A DNA stretch of 64,000 nt from Thermoplasmatales archaeon (GTDB lineage: Archaea > Thermoplasmatota > Thermoplasmata > Thermoplasmatales > GCA-001856825). The notes beneath the pieces were generated by a model that saw nothing but the letters and a program-made list of their open reading frames with translations, ran no database searches and was not told the DNA's origin. A program made the position numbers and the translations under genes. Below are positions 38,906 through 48,500 of the stretch, one piece after another. The stretch's first letter is position 1; every line of letters starts with the position of its first letter. The stretch covers positions 1,382 to 65,381 of the forward strand of contig JAVYOD010000001.1 in assembly GCA_038734825.1 (NCBI GenBank), in the 5' to 3' direction.

Positions 38906-39610
38906 CTAATCTTTTTCTTTTCCCTCAAGCGTATACATATAAAGATCAAGATACGGCTCGATGGACTCCATAAGTTTATTTTTAGCCTTCTCCAAATGCT
39001 CTTGAAGAGTTGACTTTGATGATCCAAGTGCCCTTGAAATATCGCTTAGCTTCCCTTTTCTTGGAACTGAAAAGTACCCCATCCTTATAGACTGTTGAAG
39101 CGATTTCAACTGTAGTTCAGTCATTTTACCGAACAGATCAGAAAGCCTTATTAAGAAAGAATCACGAAACATCCCTGTCGTGAACACCTTTTTCCTGCTT
39201 ATGCTGACTTTGCCAATGCTTTGGAGCAATGAGTAGAACTTCTCTGAAGAGGATGTCGTAAGAGAAAAAACATTTATTTGCTCTTTTCCCTGATAATATG
39301 ACAGTGGAGCCTCCCAGATACATCCAGACTCTTCAGCCATACTTATCGTGGAATTATCTACTGTGCACCTGCAGGAAAACATAACAACTAGAGATCCGTG
39401 GTTAATCCTTTTAAAAACTATTTTGCTTCCTAAAGATTTTTCTATATCTGGCAGAGCTTCATCTAAGGCCTCGATGCTGCCTGTATTGCCGTAAAATTCA
39501 AGATAATCCACAGCAGAATTGCACCATCTGAAAAATTTCAGGTCAGGATATCTCCTTGACAAGGAGCAGAATGGAAGGCTATTTTCGGAAACAAATTCTA
39601 ATCTTTCCAT
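38906..39610 (-). CDS. HTH_10 (bacterio-opsin-activator-like) DNA-binding protein
   Basis: C-terminal LTELQLKSLQQSIRMGYFSVPRKGKLSDISRALGSSKSTLQEHLEKAKNKL is a typical Bat-type HTH_10. Start set at the ATG at 39610. Confidence 0.65.
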   Translation of the reverse strand: MERLEFVSENSLPFCSLSRRYPDLKFFRWCNSAVDYLEFYGNTGSIEALDEALPDIEKSLGSKIVFKRINHGSLVVMFSCRCTVDNSTISMAEESGCIWEAPLSYYQGKEQINVFSLTTSSSEKFYSLLQSIGKVSISRKKVFTTGMFRDSFLIRLSDLFGKMTELQLKSLQQSIRMGYFSVPRKGKLSDISRALGSSKSTLQEHLEKAKNKLMESIEPYLDLYMYTLEGKEKD

Positions 39611-39672
39611 AGGCAACCGGTCATGACCGGTACAATATATTTCCCTTACCGTCTTATAAGGGAACGATAAGC

Positions 39673-39933
39673 ATGACAAACCTGATAGTGGAGCATACTT
39701 GGAAACCTCAGGACAGAGATTCTGTTCTGAAGGTAGTTAGTGGGATTGTTGATATGGCTAAGAATTCAAAGTTGCCACAAGGATTTTCACTAAAATCCGT
39801 GAATGCAATCTTTGATGAAAACAGGGCAATTTGTAACTGGGAGGCACCAAGTAAGGCAGCTATGGAAAAGCTTCTGTCTGATGTAAATCCACCTACATCT
39901 CACAGGGTGTTCGAGTCTACGAAAGTATATTGA
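39673..39933 (+). CDS. DUF4242-like small protein
   Basis: 86 aa. AICNWEAPSKAAMEKLL matches the remembered DUF4242 core (C.yeAps.eav). Divergent from the HTH_10 gene. Confidence 0.45.
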   Translation: MTNLIVEHTWKPQDRDSVLKVVSGIVDMAKNSKLPQGFSLKSVNAIFDENRAICNWEAPSKAAMEKLLSDVNPPTSHRVFESTKVY

Positions 39934-40018
39934 ACTCTAACTTGTTCTTAATCTATCAATAAATTTTCTTATTTTTTAATAATAGAAAGTTTTCGATTTT
40001 TAAAAAATGAAAAAATAA

Positions 40019-40630
40019 TTATGGGGGAGAGAGCAGATGTTGAGGTACCGCTTCTATGGCAGTAAGTGCAGAGAGAATAGTAGAAATTACGAGCCCGATC
40101 CAGAACAATATTAGAACCACCGTCCACAATCTAGATACCTTTTCCTTTGCCGGCAGGATGTCATATATGAGCGTAGACGGAAATGTAAAGACCCCTGTTA
40201 AACCGAATGATATGTACAAACCGAGCATTGCGATTGGACTTGCCGTCATCTTGTCTATATAGGCATTGGCACCATAGTAAAGAGCTATTAATCCGGAAAA
40301 AAATGCAAGTATTCCGGAAAACTGTAACTTCTGGCCAAGTATTATTGAAAGCGAGACAGACATTAGAACAATACCAAATAACAAGTAAGGATCGTAGAAG
40401 AGTATATTGTAACTGCCTGGCAATGGCCAGGTCATTTCACCGTAGATACCCATTATCAATACTATAACTGCTAAAACAGCTAGAACGAACGCCCCTGGTC
40501 TCATTACCTTTTCTACATCCTTTATTCCCTTGCGGTAGTAAATATAAGCTGTCCCAGTAAGATATATCGACACAACTCCTATTAATGAAAGTGTGAATAG
40601 CTCCAGTGCAAGATCGTCAATAAACGCCAT
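40019..40630 (-). CDS. integral membrane protein (possibly DUF981-like)
   Basis: About 6 TM segments. The GEMTWPLPGSYNILFYD loop is reminiscent of archaeal DUF981. Weak. Confidence 0.4.
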   Translation of the reverse strand: MAFIDDLALELFTLSLIGVVSIYLTGTAYIYYRKGIKDVEKVMRPGAFVLAVLAVIVLIMGIYGEMTWPLPGSYNILFYDPYLLFGIVLMSVSLSIILGQKLQFSGILAFFSGLIALYYGANAYIDKMTASPIAMLGLYISFGLTGVFTFPSTLIYDILPAKEKVSRLWTVVLILFWIGLVISTILSALTAIEAVPQHLLSPP

Positions 40631-40931
40631 CCTGGCCGCATTGTTAACTTTTATTAATACTTTTATACCCGTATGAGGTCAAACAAATTGAACCTTCATC
40701 TCTATTGATAAACTAGAACTCTTATCCATTTGGTGCCATACTCATCACTTAATACGACAGCTTTTCTCTTGATCTCATTTTCTCAATCAGAAGAAAAGCG
40801 TTCATAACTGCCCCTTATTTCTGATGATTCTCAAAATAACACGCTCCAAATCCGTCACTAAAATTGCTTCTATTTATTCAGTTTTGGTATCGATTCACCC
40901 GTGTTTAAAAAGGGAAACTAACAATTAGTAA

Positions 40932-41033
40932 TCCCGGCTGCCGGATTTGAACCAGCGACCTGTGGATAGCGGCGGTTGCGCCATTACGCTTTCCCTCTAC
41001 AGTCCACCGCTCTTCCAACTGAGCTAAGCCGGG
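40932..41033 (-). tRNA. tRNA-Tyr(GUA) with a 29-nt intron after position 37
   Basis: Manual fold. Acceptor CCCGGCU/AGCCGGG with the archaeal Tyr C1-G72 pair, D arm GCUC-AGUUGGAA-GAGC, and anticodon stem GUGGA/UCCAC with loop CUGUAG[intron AGGGAAAGCGUAAUGGCGCAACCGCCGCU]A. T arm GCUGG-UUCAAAU-CCGGC, discriminator A, no encoded CCA. Confidence 0.85.
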
Positions 41034-41205
41034 TGACACCTTATTACCGCTTACAAAAATATTTTTCTGTGTAAAAAGAGGAACTGAAAATGTGCCAGAA
41101 ATATGACGGCCTCCTCACGATAAAGAAAAATGAAGATTATTTTTCGATTGCGATATGAAAATATTAATTAATAAGTAGTTTATTTGTAAACAGGTGACCC
41201 TTTAG

Positions 41206-41583
41206 ATGCCAATGACATTCAGGAAAAAGACGGTCATAAGAACGGATAGACCGCCGAAAGAGCCAAGGAAGTACATAGACCTAAACGATTACCAGTTCTC
41301 TGACGAGCCTGGTGCTGGTACCTCTATAAAGATCGGAGAACTACAAAAATTCGAAGAGATCCCTCAATTCAATGAGATTGTTCTCAATGGAGATGTTCTC
41401 ATATTGGATTATGGAGCAGTACAATCCGATGAACTTCAGCTCAGGAGGATCGTCAGTGAACTTAAACGAGCGGCCACAGACAACGGGGGAGATGTTGTTG
41501 CCCTTGGAAACAAGTATCTCATAGTAACGCCGAGGGGTATGAAGATCGATAGGAACAAGATTCGGGTCTCCCAAACACTTTAA
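41206..41583 (+). CDS. sepF: SepF-like (DUF552) cell-division protein
   Basis: 125 aa. IKIGELQKFEEIPQFNEIVLNGDVLILDY...LRRIVSELKRAATDNGGDVVALGNKYLIVTPRGMKI follows the SepF core pattern. Confidence 0.55.
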   Translation: MPMTFRKKTVIRTDRPPKEPRKYIDLNDYQFSDEPGAGTSIKIGELQKFEEIPQFNEIVLNGDVLILDYGAVQSDELQLRRIVSELKRAATDNGGDVVALGNKYLIVTPRGMKIDRNKIRVSQTL

Positions 41584-41689
41584 CTAATTTCTTAATTTAA
41601 TTGATTTCAGTAATTTTATTGGATTCCTGCTAAATCCTGAAGACTTTCATAAGGGAAAAGTATTATTAATACACTGGGAATCCCGATTT

Positions 41690-43780
41690 ATGGCTACAAA
41701 CCTGTTCTATTGGGAACTATTTATTCTAATTGCTGCACTATTGGGTATTTTATACGCTGCGATACAAAGCTATCTTCTCTTGAGAATACCAGTTACTGAC
41801 AAAAAGGCAGAAAAGATATCGCTTTCAATAAGGCAAGGCGCTAATGCCTTCATGAGGAGGCAGTACACTAATATATTCATATTTGCCGCAATCTTAGCAA
41901 TAATCATTTTCATAGCCTTCTATTTCTCCTCTGGGGTTTCTACGGCCTGGAAATTGACACTCGGATTTCTAGTAGGCTCAATAGGATCTGCAGTTGCCGG
42001 TCTGATTGGTATGAATATATCCGTAAGGGCCAACGTCAGAACTGCAGTTGAGGCCAAAAAAGGACTTAATCCAGCACTAAAATTAGCCTTTAGAGGTGGT
42101 ACGGTAACCGGCTTGATGGTCGCCTCACTTGCATTACTTGGGCTCATCGCATTTTATATCTGGTTCAAGAACCCTGAAGAAATGGTAGGCTACATTTTTG
42201 GGGCATCCCTTGTTAGTCTTTTTGCAAGGGTTGGTGGAGGCATATACACAAAGGGAGCAGATGTTGGAGCTGATCTCGTAGGAAAGGTCGAGACAGGTAT
42301 ACCGGAAGATGATCCAAGGAATCCGGCGGTTATAGCGGACAATGTAGGAGACAATGTCGGAGACTGTGCAGGTATGGGTGCAGATCTCTTTGAAACGTAC
42401 GTCGTAACAGCCCTTGCATCTATGCTGCTAGGATACCTAATTTACACTTCGGAATCTGGTTCAAAAATCATAACCAGCTCTGCAGTTATTCTCCCTCTTG
42501 CTATCGGTGGAACTGCTATTATAGCGACTATAATAGGTTCGTTTTTCGTAAAGAAGGGTGAGAAACAGAGAATTATGACGGCGATGTATAAGGGGCTCGC
42601 GGTAGCAGTCATTCTCTCCGCAGTAGGTTTCTACATCGTCGACTATTTCCTCATGAAAGGAAATATCGCGATATTCATCGATGCAATAATAGGAATGATA
42701 ATAATGGCAATAATTGTCTACGAAACTGAATACTATACCTCAGAAAGGTACAAACCAGTAGCACTGATTTCAAAGGCTTCGGTAAGCGGTACAGGTACAA
42801 ATATAATTACTGGTCTAGCGTACGGTCTTCAGGCTGTGTTTATCCCTGCAATTGTCATTGTCGCCGGCATCGTAATCTCTTTCACTATAACCTTCTACTC
42901 CTATGGTCAGAATTCACAGCTCGGCCTTTACGGAATCGCAATAGCAGCAGCGAGTATGCTGTCTGCCACAGGCATGATAATATCCATTGATTCTTATGGA
43001 CCAATTACAGATAATGCAGGTGGGATTGCTGAGATGTCAGGTTTCGACGAAAAAACTAGAAACGAAGTTACAGATCCTCTGGATGCTGTTGGAAATACTA
43101 CAAAAGCAGTCACTAAGGGATACGCAATAGGAAGTGCTGCACTTGCTGCTCTCACTCTATTCGCAGCGTTTAAGACATTGATATCCTCTATTCCGCAGTT
43201 TGCTAACATTCAGCTCGATGATCCTATCGTTGTATCTGGCCTGCTCATAGGGGGCGCTCTTCCTTTCTTCTTTACATCTTACCTGATGAACGCAGTTGGA
43301 AAGGCAGCGTCGGCGATAGTTGAAGAAGTTAGGGCCCAATTCAGGAACAAACCAAAGATACTTTCCGGGGAAGAAGAACCAGATTATGGAAAGGCGGTTG
43401 ATATAGTTACAAGAGAAGCTCTTAGGCAACTGATGGTACCTGCTCTCATCGCAGTTCTTACCCCAATAGTCCTCGGCTTTTTGCTTGGACCGCTCGCAGT
43501 TGGGGGTCTTTTGCTTGGTGTCATAATATCTGGTTTCCCGCTGGCTATCATGATGACAGTAGGGGGCGGAGCTTGGGATAACGCAAAGAAGTATATAGAA
43601 CAGGGAAACTATGGTGGAAAAGGATCCGAGGCGCACAAAGCCGCTGTGGTTGGAGATACAGTTGGAGACGCGACAAAGGATACAGCAGGCCCTGCTATAA
43701 ATCCTCTTGTGAAGGTAGTTAATACAATATCAATCCTATTCGTAGGAATAATAATGTACCACTACCTTCTACATATTTAA
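41690..43780 (+). CDS. hppA: membrane-bound proton-translocating pyrophosphatase
   Basis: GGIYTKGADVGADLVGKVE, DNVGDNVGD, AWDNAKKY and DTVGD motifs. About 16 TM segments. 696 aa. Confidence 0.92.
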   Translation: MATNLFYWELFILIAALLGILYAAIQSYLLLRIPVTDKKAEKISLSIRQGANAFMRRQYTNIFIFAAILAIIIFIAFYFSSGVSTAWKLTLGFLVGSIGSAVAGLIGMNISVRANVRTAVEAKKGLNPALKLAFRGGTVTGLMVASLALLGLIAFYIWFKNPEEMVGYIFGASLVSLFARVGGGIYTKGADVGADLVGKVETGIPEDDPRNPAVIADNVGDNVGDCAGMGADLFETYVVTALASMLLGYLIYTSESGSKIITSSAVILPLAIGGTAIIATIIGSFFVKKGEKQRIMTAMYKGLAVAVILSAVGFYIVDYFLMKGNIAIFIDAIIGMIIMAIIVYETEYYTSERYKPVALISKASVSGTGTNIITGLAYGLQAVFIPAIVIVAGIVISFTITFYSYGQNSQLGLYGIAIAAASMLSATGMIISIDSYGPITDNAGGIAEMSGFDEKTRNEVTDPLDAVGNTTKAVTKGYAIGSAALAALTLFAAFKTLISSIPQFANIQLDDPIVVSGLLIGGALPFFFTSYLMNAVGKAASAIVEEVRAQFRNKPKILSGEEEPDYGKAVDIVTREALRQLMVPALIAVLTPIVLGFLLGPLAVGGLLLGVIISGFPLAIMMTVGGGAWDNAKKYIEQGNYGGKGSEAHKAAVVGDTVGDATKDTAGPAINPLVKVVNTISILFVGIIMYHYLLHI

Positions 43781-44862
43781 ATTTCATTAATACTTCTTAT
43801 TATTTTTATAAGTTTTATGCTCTGCTCAACATCATGAACGCGAATTATATCCGCACCATGAAGTAATGCTATGGAGTTGAAAATAAGACTGGATTGTTCC
43901 CTTTGTTCTACGCTCTCACCTGTGATAGCCCCTATAAAGCTTTTCCTCGAAAGGCCAATGAGCAATGGATGACCCAATTTTAGATCTTGAATATTTCTAA
44001 TAATGTATAGGTTATGCGCCACGCTCTTCCCGAAACCTATACCAGGGTCTAGAATTACATTGTTACTGATGCCCAGCCTATTTGCTTCTTCGAGTTTCTC
44101 TGCGAAAAAGGATATTATCTCTTCCGTTACGTTTTCGTAGTATGGTGAAAGTTGCATTGTTTTGAAATCTCCCTTTTTATGCATTATAACTATTGGAGCT
44201 TGGTATTTCCTTGAAAGCTCACCCATTTCCTGATTTTCCATTCCTGTAACGTCGTTTATTATTTTTGCACCGAGATCCAGGCATTCTTTTACAACCTTCA
44301 CCTGGAATGAATCGACTGATACGATGAATCCCATATTCAACGATTCCTCTACGGCAAATCTAATCCGTCTTATTTCTTCCTCTGCGTCAACCCTTTCACT
44401 TCCAGGTCTAGTACTCTGACCACCGATATCGACTATTCTGACTCCCTGTTTTTTATATTTTTCTAGTAGAACCGGAAGATCCTCATCTTTAAACCTGCTT
44501 CCTGGGAAAAAAGAATCAGGGGTCATATTTATTATAGCCATAATTTCCGGAAAATGAATTCCTAGAATTGACTGAATGTAGTTTCTTTTCTCGTTATTAA
44601 GCCAAAAAAATTCACCTGCAGGATATTTCATTGATCTTATGAATGTATTGAGCTGCTCTGAGCTGACCGGGTATATGTATCTTCCTTTTCCTTCAATGAA
44701 ATCGATCTCCGAATTTAACCTATTCTTAGAAATCAGGAAAATACTATGGTCCGCTATCTTATCAATAGGAATATCATATTCCCGCGACACAGCCCTTGGG
44801 TCGAAGCGTATGAAAAAATCATTCCATTGTTGAGAACTGGGCATGCGGTACACCCATAACAT
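43777..44862 (-). CDS. folP: dihydropteroate synthase with an uncharacterised ~105-aa N-terminal extension
   Basis: The DHPS core starts at IMAIINMTPDSFFPGSR, followed by DIGGQSTRPG, INDV and DPGIGFGK. The start codon is uncertain because the gene overlaps the DUF424 gene. Confidence 0.8.
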   Translation of the reverse strand: MLWVYRMPSSQQWNDFFIRFDPRAVSREYDIPIDKIADHSIFLISKNRLNSEIDFIEGKGRYIYPVSSEQLNTFIRSMKYPAGEFFWLNNEKRNYIQSILGIHFPEIMAIINMTPDSFFPGSRFKDEDLPVLLEKYKKQGVRIVDIGGQSTRPGSERVDAEEEIRRIRFAVEESLNMGFIVSVDSFQVKVVKECLDLGAKIINDVTGMENQEMGELSRKYQAPIVIMHKKGDFKTMQLSPYYENVTEEIISFFAEKLEEANRLGISNNVILDPGIGFGKSVAHNLYIIRNIQDLKLGHPLLIGLSRKSFIGAITGESVEQREQSSLIFNSIALLHGADIIRVHDVEQSIKLIKIIRSINEI

Positions 44863-45124
44863 GAATTATGTTATCTCGAGACACAAAACCGAGATCGATC
44901 GCAATTCCTATGCATCTTTCGCCAACGAGATTGGCAACGGTACATATCTTTAGAAGATCTGAAAAAACACGCTCATCAACCAACTTGTCCATATAGAAAT
45001 TCTCCGACACCTTCAATTTGAATTTTCCTTCCTTGAACTCCTTTCCCAACAGTTCTTCATCTGCTGCAGCGAGGAGTGTATCTGTTGGCATTCTGTATAT
45101 CTTAGTCCATATCAAACGGATCAC
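44819..45124 (-). CDS. DUF424-family protein
   Basis: LLAAADEELLGKEF...LKVSENFY...ANLVGERCI...GVPHAQ matches the DUF424 pattern as remembered. Confidence 0.55.
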   Translation of the reverse strand: MIRLIWTKIYRMPTDTLLAAADEELLGKEFKEGKFKLKVSENFYMDKLVDERVFSDLLKICTVANLVGERCIGIAIDLGFVSRDNIIHVMGVPHAQFSTME

Positions 45125-45147
45125 CCGAATGAGCTCTCATACAGTCC

Positions 45148-47220
45148 CTACGTTCTTATCAATCTGTAGTATCCGGATCTTGGTTCTATCAACTGTCCTC
45201 TTTCTCTTAAAAGCTTGATATTTCTTTCCACCTGATCTAGGCTAAGCCCCAAGCCTTTAGCCTCTTCTTGGATCTGACTAAGAGAGACATCCTTTCCATG
45301 GTTCTCATCTTCCAGCTTCCTGATGATTTCGCTCAATGAAAGTAGATTCTTTCTTTCTTTGGATGGATAGCCGGTCAATATTATGTCTATATCCGGAATT
45401 CCATTGACCAAGGTTGTCTGTGATAGAAATGATTCCATAAGTTTGATCCCCCTTTCTACATCCTCCTCGGTAACGCGATCGGAGAGTCTTATCCTTGCAG
45501 AGGCTTCAGATAGCCTTATCAGTGCCTCTAATTGCCTGGGTGTAATTGCAACGGTACCAGGTTTCGATGACATTCTTTTATCAACGTAGAACTTACTTAT
45601 TTTTTCTTTAGCCCCCGGTGATAGAACAGGAAAACAATATCTCCTCGCGTATACGATGTATTTTTTCAAAAATTCCCTATCAAAATACGGTTTAAACTCA
45701 GATTTCTCAATAGAAATACCCCCTGCAATCTTTTCTCCATCAGAGTGGACCTTTAATATATAATTAGACATCTCAACATCGCTTTTCCCTGGCCTATCGA
45801 CGATCACAAATATCAGGTCGAACCTAGAAAGCAGTGTTGGGGGAAAATCTGTTTGATTTATGAAGGGCTCTGTCTCATCGTATCTTCCGAACTTTGGATT
45901 AGCAGCAGCAAGAAGTGCACATCGTGACATAAGTGTTGCGTTTATTCCGGCCTTGCTTATGGTTATTGTCTGCTGTTCCATCCCTTCATGAAGTGCACTG
46001 CTGTCTTCCTTTGACATCTTGTCCAGCTCATCCACTGCAGCCAGTCCTCCATCAGCAAGAACAAGCGTTCCAGCTTCCAATGACCACCTGCCCTCAGAGA
46101 ATTCGTCCTTTACAGCGGCTGCCGTTAATCCGGCGGCAGACGCTCCTTTACCAGATGTGTAAACTGACTTCGGCGATAATGTTATCGCGTACTTTAAAAT
46201 TTGACTTTTAGCGGTTCCGGGATCACCAAAAAGCAAGATGTGAATGTCTCCCCTGACGTAAGTTCCGTCGTCAAATACTTTCCTAACACCGCCGAAAAGT
46301 TGGAAAATAACAGCCTCTTTCACTACCTCCATGGCGTATATTGTAGGTGCCACGCTAGAAACGAGCTTCCTGTATATGTCGGGGTCACTTGCGGCTTTCT
46401 TAATCTCTTCAACATCTTCCTGGCTTAATTCTATCTCCTCGTACTCTGAAGATTCCTTCTCTATATACATAGCATCTAGAAATATGTCGAACTGATTTGA
46501 TGGAGCACCGCTTATAAATTTCTGTTTCCCCTTGAGAATACCGTTTATCGTTACACGGTCTCCAGGGTTCAATTTACCACATTCCTCGTCCTGAAGATGC
46601 ACCGATAGCTTTGCTGGCTGAGCTACACCTCTCAGCAGTTCTGGTCTCTCCTGAACCTCAATCTGCTGCATGTCGATGTATATACTCTTCTCTGGAAGGA
46701 ATTTAAAATCCGTGCTTTCCTTCCCTTTTCCACACGTTGAACAGGCTACCGGAGGTTGAAGTTTTGTTCCTGTAACAGGGTATAGATCAACATTCCGACA
46801 GTAAGAACACCTGTATGCTGCCATCGTTAATGTAGGTACAACTTCTGACACCCTCTTAACGATCCCCTCTACCTGTACGAATGTATTAAGGTCAGCGCTT
46901 CTCAGTTCTCTAATTGATCTCCTAAGGTCCGGAAGTGATGAGGAAATTCTGATATCTACCCTTCTACTCTTGTTTGACTTGAAGCTCTCGGAAAGAAAGT
47001 TTTCGTAAAGTTCTTCATTTAACAACCTTAGGTATTCCTCTGGAGTCTTTAGGAAACTTAAGGCAAAATCCCTGTTCAACGCATCCATATCTTCATACCG
47101 TATGTGAAGTGTTTTTTCTCTTGAATCTGGTTCATTAAGTCTAGAAATCTCAGCGCTCTTGTCTGTCAGTATTTCGCGCCACAGACTTCTAATTTCATTA
47201 TCTGTAAATGACATCCTCAT
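45148..47220 (-). CDS. mcm: MCM replicative helicase
   Basis: Zn finger CSYC...CSTCG, Walker A GDPGTAKS, Walker B AAVDELDKM, arginine-finger region SRFDLIF and a C-terminal winged helix. 690 aa with no intein. Confidence 0.92.
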   Translation of the reverse strand: MRMSFTDNEIRSLWREILTDKSAEISRLNEPDSREKTLHIRYEDMDALNRDFALSFLKTPEEYLRLLNEELYENFLSESFKSNKSRRVDIRISSSLPDLRRSIRELRSADLNTFVQVEGIVKRVSEVVPTLTMAAYRCSYCRNVDLYPVTGTKLQPPVACSTCGKGKESTDFKFLPEKSIYIDMQQIEVQERPELLRGVAQPAKLSVHLQDEECGKLNPGDRVTINGILKGKQKFISGAPSNQFDIFLDAMYIEKESSEYEEIELSQEDVEEIKKAASDPDIYRKLVSSVAPTIYAMEVVKEAVIFQLFGGVRKVFDDGTYVRGDIHILLFGDPGTAKSQILKYAITLSPKSVYTSGKGASAAGLTAAAVKDEFSEGRWSLEAGTLVLADGGLAAVDELDKMSKEDSSALHEGMEQQTITISKAGINATLMSRCALLAAANPKFGRYDETEPFINQTDFPPTLLSRFDLIFVIVDRPGKSDVEMSNYILKVHSDGEKIAGGISIEKSEFKPYFDREFLKKYIVYARRYCFPVLSPGAKEKISKFYVDKRMSSKPGTVAITPRQLEALIRLSEASARIRLSDRVTEEDVERGIKLMESFLSQTTLVNGIPDIDIILTGYPSKERKNLLSLSEIIRKLEDENHGKDVSLSQIQEEAKGLGLSLDQVERNIKLLRERGQLIEPRSGYYRLIRT

Positions 47221-47847
47221 TGTAGTTGTGATAGTTCTTTCTTATTTAATCCTTTTAAGATGCTTTCGTCACCTGCTATTAACGAACTAGGGAAAATTTA
47301 TTGATATTTTCTTAACTGCAAATAGATACCTATGGCTATTTCTGGATATCTCGGCTTTCTGCTGATCAGAGATATTATTCTGGCTAGCACAATACAAATT
47401 TCCGAGTGCCAGCAATATTTTCCAGAGGATATAGCTCGGCGATGCATTCTTCTCTGTCTATGATTTATGTTCTTTCTGAATCGAAGTGCCAGAGGTCTAT
47501 GCTGTCGGAGAAATAGCGGATGTTTTACGGATTAAATAGCCCTATGTCTTGCCAAGGTCGTGGTATTTCTGTGTACCAAAGGTTGAAAATGATATATTCC
47601 CATATTTACAACGTTTTATTAATCTATATCGTTTCCGCAGTGATGTTATAATATCTTTAGATTTAATTTGTAAAGCTGGGGGTTTTATTTATTTAATAAG
47701 AAGGCAATGCATCGAGTAGTTTGCAAAAAACGCCTTTCACATAGCTAGAGGAAATAACGATACAGCTTCATATACTTCATTTTTTCATTTTTTTCATTTG
47801 TGAATAAACTCTGCAAAGTTGAAATATCTGCATAATGATTATAAATC

Positions 47848-48318
47848 ATGTTCAGGATTAAAGGTCACCACTCTTATCTATTGATTATGGAGGAGTTCAA
47901 TTCAGCGATACTTGAAGATTTCGTAAAAAGTTTCGGGCGTGTTGTTCTTTTGCTAGGCGATGGCGTATTCGTAGATGCGTATCGTCTGAAGAGAAATCTA
48001 GGCGATGATATTTATATCCAGCGAATATTGAATATGTATCAATTTCAGAAGACAATTGTAGAGGATTTCTTCTATGACGATCTCTCTATATTTATAGCAT
48101 TGAGGTTATCTGAAATTAAAGAATGGAAAGAAGGTATCCTAAGGAATGTTGCAAATGCACTTGAATCAATATCACGGAAAAACGATACACCAAATATATT
48201 TTACCTGATAGAAGATGAAGAATTCAAACCGCTGTGGCTAGATCATATTTTTAGATATAAAGTAACAGAGAAGGTCAGAGAATGGGAAGAAATACCCCAA
48301 GCCTTAGAATGGAAATAG
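47848..48318 (+). CDS. hypothetical protein, first gene of the PolB-like cassette
   Basis: 156 aa. No family recognised. Followed by overlapping genes. Confidence 0.45.
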   Translation: MFRIKGHHSYLLIMEEFNSAILEDFVKSFGRVVLLLGDGVFVDAYRLKRNLGDDIYIQRILNMYQFQKTIVEDFFYDDLSIFIALRLSEIKEWKEGILRNVANALESISRKNDTPNIFYLIEDEEFKPLWLDHIFRYKVTEKVREWEEIPQALEWK

Positions 48319-48500
48319 AGAGCATAGTCGAAGAATTAAGGAAAGCTGAGAAGCTTCTAAAGATCGAAGACAAACAGATAGTTGAAGATATGATAAAAAA
48401 GGCAAGAACACACATCCCAGAAGGATCGATCACAAGCTTAGACCCGTATTTTTTATTTTTGTTTTTCATATTATTTGAAATGAACAAGGAAAAGAAATGA
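48309..48500 (+). CDS. hypothetical small protein (helical N-terminus, hydrophobic tail YFLFLFFILF)
   Basis: The ATG at 48309 overlaps the upstream stop (48316-48318). Its TGA overlaps the PolB-like ATG (ATGA at 48497-48500). Confidence 0.4.
   Translation: MEIESIVEELRKAEKLLKIEDKQIVEDMIKKARTHIPEGSITSLDPYFLFLFFILFEMNKEKK

Noticed and set aside
40822-40827. UGAUGA C-box-like hexamer in the spacer next to tRNA-Tyr, as a possible C/D-box sRNA.
   Set aside because: No matching D box (CUGA) or C'/D' pair at appropriate spacing on that strand.
47382-47425. Imperfect inverted repeat GGCTAGCAC...GTGCCAGC in the mcm upstream spacer, as an ORB or ncRNA hairpin.
   Set aside because: Only 3+4 bp pair, with a mismatch. 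It has no resemblance to the ORB consensus and no supporting repeats.
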